Shown here piece by piece: positions 39,841-52,674 of a stretch of DNA of 64,000 bases. Source of the stretch: Mytilus californianus (lineage: Eukaryota); contig NW_026262581.1 of the NCBI RefSeq assembly GCF_021869535.1, positions 8,618,001 to 8,682,000 of the forward strand. Reading direction: 5' to 3'. The translations under genes were made by a program, and so were the position numbers. Position 1 is the stretch's first letter. Every line of letters starts with the position of its first letter. The notes beneath the pieces were generated by a model, which ran no database searches, had not been told where the DNA came from, and saw nothing but the letters and a program-made list of their open reading frames with translations.

Positions 39841-40548
39841 AATAAACTGCTTCGCCGAGCGCAGCTGGATACGACCGCAGAGGTCCAACCCTGAACAGTT
39901 GGGGCAAAAATGGACACAATATTCAAGCTTGATACAGGTCTGAATTTGGATTGTAATTAAATATTTGACACATTATAGGTTTCTGACACAGAATAATAGT
40001 CAAAGAACTTGAAATTGGTTATATGATTTGAATTTATATTCAATTGAAGATTTCTTGCTGTTGTGCAATACACTGTGCTGTTGCACAATGCTTAGTAAAT
40101 CTGTTTTCAGACTATATACAAAGAACTAGCAAAATAAATTGTACCCCCAATATTTCTTTGGAAAATTGACAATTTCTAAAATCTTGAGGGAACAAAAAAT
40201 GACCACCCCCAAAAAAAATTTTTTTTTTTACCCCCCTCCCTCCAAAAAAAATAATATTTGGAGAAATTTTCTTTTTGTAAAAATGTGGTACAATTTAAGA
40301 GACATCCATACACTTGAACACAAGTTATTGTCTGAAAACTATAACAATGCTTGTTTTAGACCCATTTTGGTCCCTTATTCCTAAACGGTTTGGGCAATTA
40401 CCCCCAAAAATGAATCCCAACCTTCTATTTGTGGTATTGAACATTGTGGTACAATTTCAGAGCAATCAAAATACTTATACACAAGTTATTGTCCTGAAAC
40501 TTGAAAATGCTTGTTTTTGGGTCCCTTTTTGGCCCCTAATTCCTAAGA
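39841..40548 (+). mobile_element. HINE-like element, family 3, 3'-truncated
   Basis: First 270 or so nt closely match 22139-22400; internal repeats differ; no 3' hairpin. Confidence 0.65.
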
Positions 40549-42232
40549 GGGTGTAAAACTGCTGTATTTAATAAGCTTTTCATGTAAACTGTTTATCAAA
40601 AACGAAAGCAGTTACATGTATATTGAGAACGATACTGACAAGGATTTTTTTGCAGAAACTTTAGCAGAGGTATTTTTTATAAGTAAAAATGATTAATAGT
40701 ATAAAAGATCTATAATACATGTATATATCAACATGGCCTACAATGTACATGTATATTGTAAATTGATCCCTTGCAGGAGTTATTGCTTTTGAAAGATGAA
40801 TGTACCCGTTTTTGCATATTTTTTTTTAAAGAATTTACAATCATGACAATAGAAAGAGATAAACTGTAATAAAATGAGATGTACAAATAATTCAACTTAA
40901 CATAAATCATCAATTGACCGCTTAAAGGAGTCATTGCCTTTGATATTTTCAGCAAATATAAGACCTACAAATAATTCAACATGACTGAAATCATCAGTCA
41001 TTGAACTCCTCATGCTCCTTGCATGTTATTTCACTTCAATGACAATTTTTACCCATTTTTGTGTTTTTGGCTAAAAAAAACATATAATTTATACTTTGAA
41101 CGGCAAATATGATAAGCTAGACAAATTCTGCAAATAAGTCAACATGACCAAAATAATTACTCAGTGGACTCCATATAAAAGTAATTGCCCATGATTGATA
41201 ATTTTTTCCCACTGTCATGACTGTGTTGCATGTTTTGCTGAAACTATATATCATGATATATAGAAAATAGAGAGAAATTGTAAAATGCAAAAATGATCAG
41301 CATAATCAGATCTATACATGTAACTATAAGATTAGTTAAAGTGACTAAAACTGCAAGTAGTCAGACTATCCATGCTAGTTACAGGAGCAATTGCCCTAAA
41401 TTAAAAAAAAATGACGATTTTTGACCAATTTGAGTATTTTAACCTTAGGCTTACATGTACAATTTGTACATGTATGTACAGCTTGAAAACTACAATATAC
41501 AGTACATGTGCAGGTAGATAGACTAAAACTGTGACAGCAAAAATGATCAGCAACACAAGATCTAGTATTATTCTACATCATGTACATTTTGTACAAATAA
41601 ATTTGTAATTGTCAACCGACTCCTATCAGGATTTGTTTAATACATTGTACCTCTAAATCACAATTTTAACACACTTTTTTTTCATTTCAACTTACTACAA
41701 ATGTACAATGTATCTCCATAACTATAATGGTTATGGATATACAGAGAGAAATTTGGTCCAGCTAAAAGATTAGCAAGACAGATGTTGGCCCACCCAGTTT
41801 CTGTTCAACACCAAAACTCTATATATGCGCTAGTTGCATTGTATTAATTTTTTTGATGGAAAAATACCAGATGAGGGGATACAGGCTCCATGGAAAGTCT
41901 ATTTGTACATTAAGTACATGAAGTACATGTATATTAACTATTACATGTGCACTAGTCTTTCTAGTCAACACTTGCTTCATACTTACAACTAACAATCTTT
42001 CAATAGCAATGCGCATGAAGTTTATCAGACAATGAGATGAATTCAAACTCAGTGATCGGGAAGGACATGCGCCATGCACCAATTGCGCTTTTCGACCATA
42101 ACTGGCGCATAGGGTGACAAATGTAAGCGCCCACATGGCGCACGATATTTTTCACTTCGTTTTTAAACTTTAGATATCGTAAAATGGATTTCTGATCGTG
42201 AATCGTGTCGCCATATGTGTGTACAAAACTGT

Positions 42233-43560
42233 GTAGTGTTCCCTCCAATGATAGGAGCACCACCTATTAATTTTTTGGACGTCTCGGGCGTTTTTCTATG
42301 GTAATAATAGCAACATGCGGTATAACTGATTACCAGAAAGAACAGCATCCGTAGCAGTATATATACTAATAGGAGCTGAGCCCATTGAGTCGATTTTAGA
42401 CAAAAACATGCTAGCACTGGATAGCTCGATAGAACGTAAAATATTAGAATGGGAATTGGAAATTAGTTCAAATTTTGACAACTCTTTTATTTGTCGTATA
42501 AATAAAATTTTGCAAAAATATCAATTGCCAAAAGCAGAAGAAATTATGGAACATGTACATCCTCCATCAAAATATATGTGGAAAAAACAATTGAAAACAT
42601 CAATAAATGAATACTGGTCTTCAATTTGGACAATAGAATGTAACACAAAATCAACACTTAAACATTTATCTCTTCAAAAAAATCCGGTCTATAATCCACA
42701 TAACATTTGGAAATGTGTTAGAAATAACCAATATGACATAAAAAAGGCAGAATTCAAATGTAAGCTAGTAACTGGTACCTACATGCTCCAAAGTACTAGG
42801 GCAAAATTTAGTAAAAATGCTATTCAACCAAATTGCAAGCTATGCAATGAATCTGAAGAAACCTTGGAACATTTCCTACTACATTGCTTAAGTCTATCTG
42901 ATGTTAGGCAGCGATATATGGATAAATTATTCAAAATGCTACGAGAAATAGAAAGGGGTGGTACAACAAATGTTATTAATAATGAACTATTACTCAAAAT
43001 TATATTAGACTGCTCAGCACTAGACATAATGAGTAATCAACCAATAGACAAGTTGCTAGATATAGAAAGGAAGACACAAGATTTATGCTACCATTTACAC
43101 ATGAAGCGTACACAACTTTTATGTGATATCAAGTGACATGAAAATATAACAGTAATATTAAATATAGTCTGAACAGTCTGCATGGGATGCCAAGCTAACT
43201 GGTTCAGTCTATAAATATCAGCATAAAAGATGCTATATAATTTTAACATTTGCCTTGGCAGGGCACCTATTGACTAGAAATCGTTAGGTTGTAAAATTTT
43301 TATTTATTCATATTGGTGAATCAAAGTGCCGTAATTTGTAACGTGTGAATAATATTATTTTTTTTTGTATTAATATCTTTTAAAATATCATCAAAGACAT
43401 TATAAACTTTTATTTTATTCACTTTAACTAACTAATTTTATTTTAAAATTATATATTTTTCATATCGTAAATATAAAAATATCCGCTTTTTCGGTTAAAT
43501 ATTTAAAATTTTAATACTCATTCGATAAGTGGAGTGCTCCGATAAAACGGAGGAATATAC
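42233..43560. mobile_element. Probable degenerate TIR element that hosts the LINE fragment
   Basis: Left GTAGTGTTCCCTCCAATGATAGGAGCACCACCTATT versus reverse complement of right end GTATATTCCTCCGTTTTATCGGAGCACTCCACTTATC: imperfect inverted repeat. Confidence 0.4.
42328..43136 (+). mobile_element. 5'-truncated non-LTR retrotransposon (LINE) ORF2 C-terminus with CCHC zinc knuckle
   Basis: Frame open from about 42330 (LPERTASVAVYILIGAEPIE...) through the 242-aa ORF; CKLCNESEETLEHFLLHC is a typical ORF2 C-terminal Zn motif; no RT or endonuclease core present; clade not assigned. Confidence 0.8.
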
Positions 43561-45145
43561 CAGAACAGAACAGAACAGAACAGAACTGATTACCCAAAAT
43601 ACGTAATAAACCATCATTCATGATATAAATTTTTATAAACAACTTTAAATTTGTGAAATTTGGCTAGTACAGTCGAAAATTTTTCTCTAATTATAATCTT
43701 TTAAGTAAGCTTGCTATAATTTCGATTGAAAAATCCAAAAGCCTTTTTATGAATGTAGTATTTGTTTCCATAAAAGGCGCTTAACTGTCCTTGTCAATTT
43801 TTTGGTCTTTGGCTTGTTTGAACATTTTGTAAACATGCCTTCAGCGAATTGTTGTTGTGTCTTATCAATTAACGTTACTCTCTACTGTTATTCTTGTCAT
43901 CGCGATGAAGTAATAATAATACAAGAAGTGCAGAGGAAATGCCAGAAACGTCATCTAATACGGAACGTCTGGAATAAAGTAAGGCAATCGACGAAGACCC
44001 AAATTTAATGTAAAGAAAAACATGAACATGAACAAGGCAACAGTACCAGTTGTAAATAAAGGTTATCGTAAATATTGCCCGGTTTGGAAGAAATTATTGT
44101 ACATTCATTGAAATTGAAATTACAAAGCACAGGAACAATATCCATGATATCAGTTAGAATCATACAGGTACTGTAAGTACCACTGCCTCGTTGCTGAAAT
44201 ATACATTTTATTTTTTAATTATTTATTGTAAACGAATGGCCCACTCATTTGACAACATGGCCCATTAATTCTAAAAATGGCCCATTGAATTTATTTTATG
44301 GGGGCCCTGGGCCCATAGAGAAAAAATCCTTCCAGATCACTGCAAACTGCAACTTGGAAAAATAATTTTTGCTCATTGGCATTTTGAAAGAGAAAAGCCT
44401 TTAAATTTGGAACACTCTATCTGGCAATTAGAAAAATTATCACTGATTATAAGATTTTTACAAAAATTGTATACCTCATACATTTGTATGTACAGTGATG
44501 TACATGTAATATATGTTAGCAGACTTGACACAAACATGTTTGACAAAATTAAACAAAACAGAACTGCTTTGTTTAATGCTTTACATGATTCTTAAAACCT
44601 TGTTTCATTATTTGAATATACACCGGTAATGTGTATGAAATTTAATGCATGCACATACATATGTACATGTACATGTACATGTATAATGTTCAACTGTATC
44701 TACGTGTGCATTGTAAAGCCAAAAACTTAATATAGCAAATTATAATGCATAAGGAAATTATATGCAATGCACAATAAAACAATCAATTCATTATACTGTA
44801 TATTACAGTATTAGTATATATATATTACTGTCATGACTGTATGTCTGGAAACCTTATATTTCTTTTAAGTCCGTGTGTGGGATAAGGCTCAAATGTCTTC
44901 TATAGAAAACTACTGGGTACCAAGAGAATTGGGTTACTTTCATTAACAGCATGCCTATATATAATTATTGGATCGAATAAATGCAATTTGTATAGAATAC
45001 TGTAGTGATGTTAGATATTGTCTGTCTAACACATATTTAATCAATGTTGTAAAGAAATATTTGATTTGAAAATAACCTTTCACTTTATACTACAGGAGCT
45101 GTATGATTCATACTTTGTCAAGGAAAATCAATAACGTACCATTAC

Positions 45146-46568
45146 CTGTTACATCTTTTCCAGACACTTGTCGTTGCAGTTTATTTTTTTCCTGCTGCAA
45201 TTCCATCGAAAGAGTGTTAAATTTTCTCAGTAATTCTTCTAATTCGGAACTGCCACTATGACTAAATGGTAATTTAGGAACACAATAAATAGGATCATCA
45301 TCACTACCACCAGCAGCATAAGTTTCATAATCAGAAGCAAATCCTCTCATATCTGTATGACCTTTTTGAGGATTTGTAAAAACTAATTCTGAATCTGAGT
45401 TATAATATTCTGGAGACCTGCTACGCTGTGATTTGCCATATTTCCCTTTTACGTGTATCATGTCTTTCAAACCCCCTTGAAATTTCCTTGCTGATTCTAA
45501 TGTTTTTGAAGTCACATCATGATAGCTAGGGAGCTGACCTCCTACATATATTTCAGAATCTGAATTTATATTTAATCCACTTTTGTTTACAGATTTAGAT
45601 GGTGATTTTGGAATTAGTTTTCTAGGAAGGCCACCATCTGAATACATATATTTTAAGTATTCCTGATCACTGGCACTCCCATGTTGATTTGGTGATAGGT
45701 TTGGACTGAAATATGCACTGGCTTGGTCATATGCACTATCAGATGCATATCCTCGATATCCTACATAATAATGCTTACTATTAGAATCAATGCTTCTAGG
45801 TAAGGATCCATCACTAGAATTTTCACTATCTGCTTCATCAGAAAGTAATTTAGCTTCAGCTTTGTGGGGTGAAATAAAAATACTGGCATATTGTGATGAG
45901 GTAGGCCTATCATGTCTCCTTCTGGACTGTTGATGTTCGTGTTCTTGAGTAAATGGGTCCACCAGATTTGCAGCTTTTTCTGTTTCTTCTAGTGCTGTTT
46001 CGGATGATGAGCGTACTTTATGAAACACATTTACAATAGGTTTTGTTTCTTGTTCTGTTACTGCTAGAGAAGGACAAGAGTTGTTTTTCTTATGGCACTT
46101 TCTAGTTCTGATTTTTAATGTTAATTTCTTTGGAATTGACATAAGAATAACTACATCATCAAGAGACATATTTGACACATCCTTCTTGTTTATTGTTAAA
46201 ATTTCATCACCAATATGTAATAATCCATTGCTATCTGCAACGGTTCCAGTCTGAATACGAGAAATAAAAACACCACCATTCCTATCCATGCCATTTCCTT
46301 CTCTTATATAAAACCCTAAAGACTGACCGGGTCTCTTTTTTATTTCAACAGTTTGAACAGAGTGTGAATTTTCCATCATAATGTTTTTTATACCCATATC
46401 AGGTGCTCCGGTAAAGCCTGTACCATTACTGGGGGAACTTTCACTACTTGCTTCATTCGTTGCTTGATCACCTTTGACATATGTGTCTGTTGCGGTTTCT
46501 TGTGTGGTTTTTACTTTTTTTCGGTGTATTGGTCGTTTTTCTTGTGTCGTCAGAAATCCATGTGCCAT
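45146..46568 (-). CDS. Syd-1: Syd-1/RhoGAP100F/SYDE-family Rho GAP, large exon with PDZ domain
   Basis: 486-aa ORF containing PDZ (VEIKKRPGQSLGFYIREGNG...GDEILTIN...MSLDDVVILMSIPKKLTLKIR); donor ACAG|gtaatg at 45146, phase 1; acceptor atttcag| at 46583 adds in-frame EEENS before the Met, so an upstream exon exists. Confidence 0.9.
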
Positions 46569-47599
46569 AGAATTTTCTTCCTCCTGAAATACGAGAAAAA
46601 TAGTTTACTACTATTATCATCCATCGGGGAAATGACATGGATTAAATTAATAACATCTTTCGAAATCAATAACAGGAAGTGATCATCAGTTGATGCATTA
46701 TGTGATTTCACCGACTTGAAGAATTCCAATCAAGAGGAGGTAACACCGTTAGGAATGATTCATCGCCAAGTAAATCAATATTAGATTTTACATTGAACAC
46801 GAATAAGGTATTAATTATTAACTGCTGGGGAATCGATTTTAGTGTAAAAAGCGACAATTTACAATGTTACATATTCATCGAAGTGTTGTTACAAAACTGC
46901 AATTCGATAATCAATTTTCAACTTTGTTCGATTTAATATACTTTTTATTAATTTATAATTTTCCAAAATTTGGAAATACCGTTGTCGTCCACGAAGTCTG
47001 CATTAAACAATTATCATTTGTGCGTGTACTTTCTTTTAAGTCCGCGCTTTAAAGTTAAACGCCTCTTGTATGTAGAAAAACTAAACATGGGTGTTTTCCA
47101 CGACGTCCGCATCTTGATACTTATCATTGGTGCTTTCTCTCAGGTTCTCGCTTTAAATGCAGTCAATATTCAATCACGGAGAAAGGCTATTGCAGTGGAA
47201 ATATTTTGGGGCCGATGCGGAGGAGGGGTCAGTAAAACTTCTTAAATCTTTTTTTCAATCAGTAATTAAGCAGCAAACTAAAATATTTTTGCAGAAGTAC
47301 AACTAAGGCACAGAATTGAAAAACATGCAGTTCTAAATACAATGAAGGTTTACATCATTTCTTTTACTGTCTTAAAATGGGTAAGCCGGGGGCTGCACAA
47401 ATATAAGTTTACTTCTTGTGCTCTTTTTCGTCATCTATGGAGACTGGGACTAATAGTCCCAGATCGAGACAGAAAATTCAGTGAAATAATAAAAATTATT
47501 GTTATATGATCATTGATACTAGTAAATAATTTTATAACGAATGCATATAATGTAATTTTATAACGAATGCATATAATATAATTTCATATTTAATTGTGC

Positions 47600-47785
47600 A
47601 TTCATATTTAGATGGTTGATGTCTCTGATTCTGACCGATGCTAATATAATAGATATACATGTACACTGTGATGTTTATTATTGTAATAATCAATTATGTC
47701 AATCAATTGTAACTGATTTTTATGCTCTTTATGGGCCCTGTAATTTGGGAAATAAAAATATTCTATTCTATTCTATTCAATTCTA
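47600..47785 (+). mobile_element. 3' end of CR1/L2-like LINE
   Basis: TTATGGGCCCTGTAA stem-like motif, AATAAA, then (ATTCT)n tail. Confidence 0.45.
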
Positions 47786-49080
47786 TGATCTTGAATAATA
47801 TTATGTTCATTTGCAGGAATTTTGCCTTTTTGTCGTTTACCTGTTTACTTGTGCAGGTGTCTTGTCACAAGTTAGGTTAATGTCGCAAAATATATCAGTA
47901 AACATGAGAAAACGAAGTTTTGCATTAAGGATTAATAAACTGGTACCCAGATTAACTGCTTGTATCCTGTGACAGGACTACCTTCATTCAATTTGTATTC
48001 TTGCAATTTTTTTTAAAGTTCGATGGATGTCATCTTCATTGTGTTTATAAGCAAAATATAATTTAACTATATTTTTTTCATTGTGAAATGTAACAAACTT
48101 TATTAAGTTATGTCGTGCTTGTAGCCCATTTTGCTGTGCATCTGCGAGTTGGTACCGAAAAACATGTTCAACCATCCCATTTTCTCTGGAGAATGCCTGT
48201 ACTAAATCGGGATCATGGCAATCAATTTCATATTCTGATTGTCTGTGTGATTGCACTTCCCGATTGTTTTATCGATTTAGTTGAATTTTTGAGGCTATCA
48301 TATATAGATCTACAAATAAGCAACTAAGTGACCAAAGCGGAAAATTTGGTGTGCTAGAGTCCGCCTTTCCATATAATAATTGGTCTAGCAGAAACAACTG
48401 TCGTTAGTTTTTTTTTATACAACTTATGCATAAACTTGATTGCACTAATTTTTTTTATTGGAGGGGGGGCTTGAAGATGAGTCAACTTCGTCAAGAGTTG
48501 TGTTCCTTATAAATCCTAAATGACTTGTCATGCGAAATGACCTCGTTACCTCGACCAATGTCTTTTTTTTTTATAACGGCACGCGAGACCTACATCTCTC
48601 CTTTTGGGATTTAAATTATATTACTACATGACTGTTAAACTTTTTTTTAAATTTCAAGACGTGAATTCCATATGTGCCCATTAAATATTGTTCATAATTG
48701 TAGACATAATTTAAGTTTTAATTGCATTTTTTTTATATCGGTATTGAAAAGAACGCACTTTGAATTTTGCACAAGACCGTGTTTTCTGCACTGTTTCTGA
48801 TGTTGCTTATGACATCTTTTTATATAACGGTTTGTATTAGAGTATAAAAAGACATCATTTTATTAAGGAATGTTAATTATACTTTAAACTTTCCATTCTA
48901 ACAGAAACTTTGAACATTCTTTGATACATAATTATTTTGCACATTTTTTTTAACTCGTCGACAGCAGAATTGGAGTTTAGTTTTAAGTTAACATATTTTA
49001 CTGCTAAATACACAAAATATTCGTTATTCCAACTTCTAATACACATGTATCAGCAAAAGATATATAATGAAGTAATATCA

Positions 49081-49285
49081 TCTATACTACTAAAATAACG
49101 AGGTCCAATTTGTAATCCGGCATGACGTAAAAACGACGAATCAAAGAATTCAACTTTATATACAACTAAGATAGGACAATGGTGTTGTTTAAAAATTACA
49201 CCATTCCAGGCCCTTTTGTTTTCCACAATAATAATATTACCAATAATTAACCATTTCCGGGTCGAATCCGATACCGATACAATAG
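49081..49285 (+). mobile_element. Short non-autonomous Helitron-like element
   Basis: A|TCTATACTACTAAA 5' end typical of Helitrons; GC-rich segment near the 3' end, then ATAG|T (degenerate CTAG|T). Confidence 0.4.
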
Positions 49286-49744
49286 TATGATATGTTAGGA
49301 GTTTCTAAGTTTTAAAGACCTTCGGGATCCCCTGGTTTTGTCGGATTAATATACACATCTTCAAAAAATTTGAAGAATGAAATTTCTTCTCTTCCCAAGT
49401 GGAATTCTCTCTCTCCTTTACTTTAGGAATTTCAGGTAAAACATCTGGATATGTGCCTGTATAATACCGATATATTGAATATTTCTTACCTAATTTTTGT
49501 GATACTTTTCCCTGTATGATTTCCTATTCAACACAGATCGAGTTAACCATGGGTAGTCGACAGGTAAGAAAATAATGTTTACGGCCGAACCACATATTTA
49601 CGGTTGTGCCAGCCTTTTCAATAAGTGTCTATGTCGATGTCCTCTCTCGCTCTTTAAATAATTGAGAATATGAGAATAGTGTGTTGCTTAAGACATTTGG
49701 TTGCGTCTCGTAATAATTTAAAACGTGTGTGTACAAAAGGGGGA

Positions 49745-50505
49745 TATTTATCAATTATGGACTTTTGAGGAGGTCAATACGTTATATATGGACCTGTTCA
49801 GATTATATTGACCGAGGACGAAGTCCGAGTGTCAATATAATCTAACAGGTCCATATATAACGTATTGACTGAGTGAAAGTCCTAAATTTATATATTACAT
49901 ATGTAAATAATGTATTAGTAAAATGGCATTCAATGTTCTTTCTGTTTATTTTTAAATTGCAGAGGCGGATTTAGGGGGTGGGGAGGGGGCCCGCCCCCCC
50001 CCCTTTTATCGGAAAAATTTGGTTGATTATATAGGGAATCACTGAAGCATGACTGGAGCGGGGTCCCCTCTTAGGCAGACAGTGGGCCCCCACTTATGAA
50101 AATTTCTGGATCCGCCACTGAATTGTATTTTGCAAGATTAGTATTTTAACATGTTATTGAAAATATCAATATTCTTTGAACAACTTCATAGCTTGTTGCG
50201 TTAGCTTTCTTGTATTCTTAGCGTCTGGGTTTAACATAAAAATTCTTGTGATAAACTTGCAAATTTTCTTTTCATCTGCTGCGGCGCTTCCTCCATGCAT
50301 GGGTGTTATGTGTGACGTCATGACGTCATTAATCAAAATTTAGCAAGATTTTTCATATTGACCGTCAATATACATATAAATATAAACATAGCGTCAATAT
50401 ACTTAGAAATAGAAACAAGGCTTCGGATACATAAAATAACCTTTCAAACACGTGATCGTAATATCCAATGAAAACAGGAGAATGCTACACCATATATAAT
50501 ATATC
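49745..50505. mobile_element. Second long-palindrome element of the same architecture
   Basis: About 40-bp inverted arms at 49773-49812 / 49831-49869 around GGACGAAGTCC; 3' part CACGTG...CCAATGAAAA...TATATAATA. Confidence 0.55.
49960..50120. mobile_element. 161-bp MITE nested in the palindromic element
   Basis: TIR CAGAGGCGGAT / ATCCGCCACTG; flanked on both sides by AATTG (49955-49959, 50121-50125). Confidence 0.75.
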
Positions 50506-52601
50506 GGTATATTGTGAGAGCGTTAATGATTATTATTGAATGCTGTATGATGACTTCTTAATGTCTATTTTGGTAAATTTGTGTCAGTTGATTGCTGTCT
50601 CAATTTGTATATAAAAATGCTGTCCTATTTTTCAAACCGACATTCAACTGTTCATGCATATTCCAGGCTTTTTGCCTTTTACATTTATGCAGTATTTTTA
50701 CTCCACAATGCCATAGTTGTACGTCTTGATACCGGTTTCAAAATTTCAGTTATGTCTCTTAAGGATATCCATAATAGATTTCAACGGGATATAAGTCTTT
50801 GTATAGGATTGAAGAATTTTTGTTTATTATTTTAAGATTGTTTTTACATTGCTCTCAAAAAAAAAAATAACTGTGGGAATATATTCCCAACTTTTTCTTC
50901 TTCCGCAAATTTACAGATTTAACATTGTTGTGCTGTAATTTAGAGTAATTATGAATATATAAACACGCACACATCATATAAATTTGCTGTTTTAGATATT
51001 TCACAATAAATTGATACAGGCAGTAAAGCTATCGTTGAATATTGAAAAGTAATTGCAGAAGTAGGCGATGTTAGTCTCTACAGAGAATTAATCATTTCAC
51101 ATTATAAATCAAACATATTCGCAGCTTAATCCTCTTCTAACGTGCTACAGACTACTAGCTTACAATTCTGTGTAAATATTAGCAAGCTGTACAAATGGCT
51201 CTTTAATGACAATAATCTCAAACCCAGTTATTATATGGAGAGGCACTTCAAATACAAATTGTAAAACCGAGTTAATTAAATAAGGAGTTTACTTGTAATA
51301 CACGCCTCAGTTATGTTGTACCAGTGAGGATGTTCATGTTCCTAGCTACGTTCGATGATGAATATGGCAGACGAGTTATAAAACATGGCATTTGACATGA
51401 CGTCTGGTTTTATTTCTTATAATCGATTACCGCAAACAATTATCAAGATCATTAAAACCATCATAAAAAACAGTAACGATATCAAACAAGGCATACAAGA
51501 ATTATTCTTTGAAAAAAAGGAAGTTTCAAACAAGTGATTTATTAATAGACAAAAATAACAACAGTATGCAGACTTTATTAAGCCGGCATTACCATTCTTT
51601 GACCTAATTAAAGTGTTAAAGAAGAAGAAGGTATGATAAAGCCCCCCTTTGGCCCCTTAAATTCGAAAATAAAAAAGTAGAATAAATTTACCAAATTACA
51701 TCCTTCAGATGCTCATAAGACATTAGTTTTCAGACATAAGTATTTATATTTTATAATTTTTTTGAATTTTGTCTTGCGTATTTGCATTAGGGCTTAAACC
51801 TCTTATATTGAATACCAAATTTCTGAATGACGATTGGAGATCAGGGAAGCCAATCTAACATTTTTCAGTTGCCCTGAGCCGTTTTTAGTTAATTTTCGTC
51901 GATTTTGAATTTTTAAATAACGTTTTTTCCTTTGTACATACCGTTGATGAAAAGTTCCAGAGAATGTTTTTTGGCAGATCTGCATTTTTGCGGTGGCCTT
52001 ACTTTAAAGCTAGTTTGTATTAATATTGAAGATCAAAAAGGTCTCATTATCATTTTTTGCGGCTTGCAGTAATCTTTTTAACTCAATTTCCGCAAATTTA
52101 CAGATCTAACATTGTTAGGCTGTTATTTAGACGAATTATATATTTTCCGCAAGTTTATTGTTTTCTGTTTGGTATTAAATTAATAATTAAGATCCATTTT
52201 TTACATCTGGTGATACGTTTATTTGACAATCGCCAATGGCAGTCAGCAGAGTTTAAGAACATCAGTTGTTCGACCTGTTAGTCAAATGCGTTTTGTTAAA
52301 ATATACTTTTTCACTTTTTTGGTCTTTTGGAAAATGTTGTTTGTGCTGTATTTAGACCCCTCTACCAAGAAATTTGTTTTGCATGCACACGTATAATAAT
52401 TGCAGTTATTATCCAACGCAATCATAGGTTTGAACGTTGTTTTCAATTTAGACTTATTTATATTTTTTCGTTTGGGCTTGTATTATATTTTCCTTCGGGT
52501 TTATATAATCCGTTCATCCTATTTCGACTCTTTCAAAATTCAAGAGTCAATCCTAAATTGAGGTAAATTATATGGCCTTCCAAATACCGTTTCGATTCCT
52601 A

Positions 52602-52645
52602 ACATCACTGAAGAGACATTAATTGTCGAAATCTGGATATGGTGT
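52602..52645 (+). ncRNA. Minimal type I hammerhead ribozyme motif, core intact (Penelope-like element type)
   Basis: ACATCA-CTGAAGA-GAC(attaatt)GTC-GAAA-TC(TG)GA-TA-TGGTGT: stem I 6 bp with one GU, stem II 3 bp, short stem III, AUA cleavage triplet (cut after 52639). Confidence 0.7.
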
Positions 52646-52674
52646 ACCAATTTATGCACCCCATGTTTGCGGTA

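Noticed and set aside
9838-40548. All seven well-preserved HINE-like elements in the same orientation
   Set aside because: A reverse-oriented relative exists at about 665-1130, and the sample is small and non-independent.
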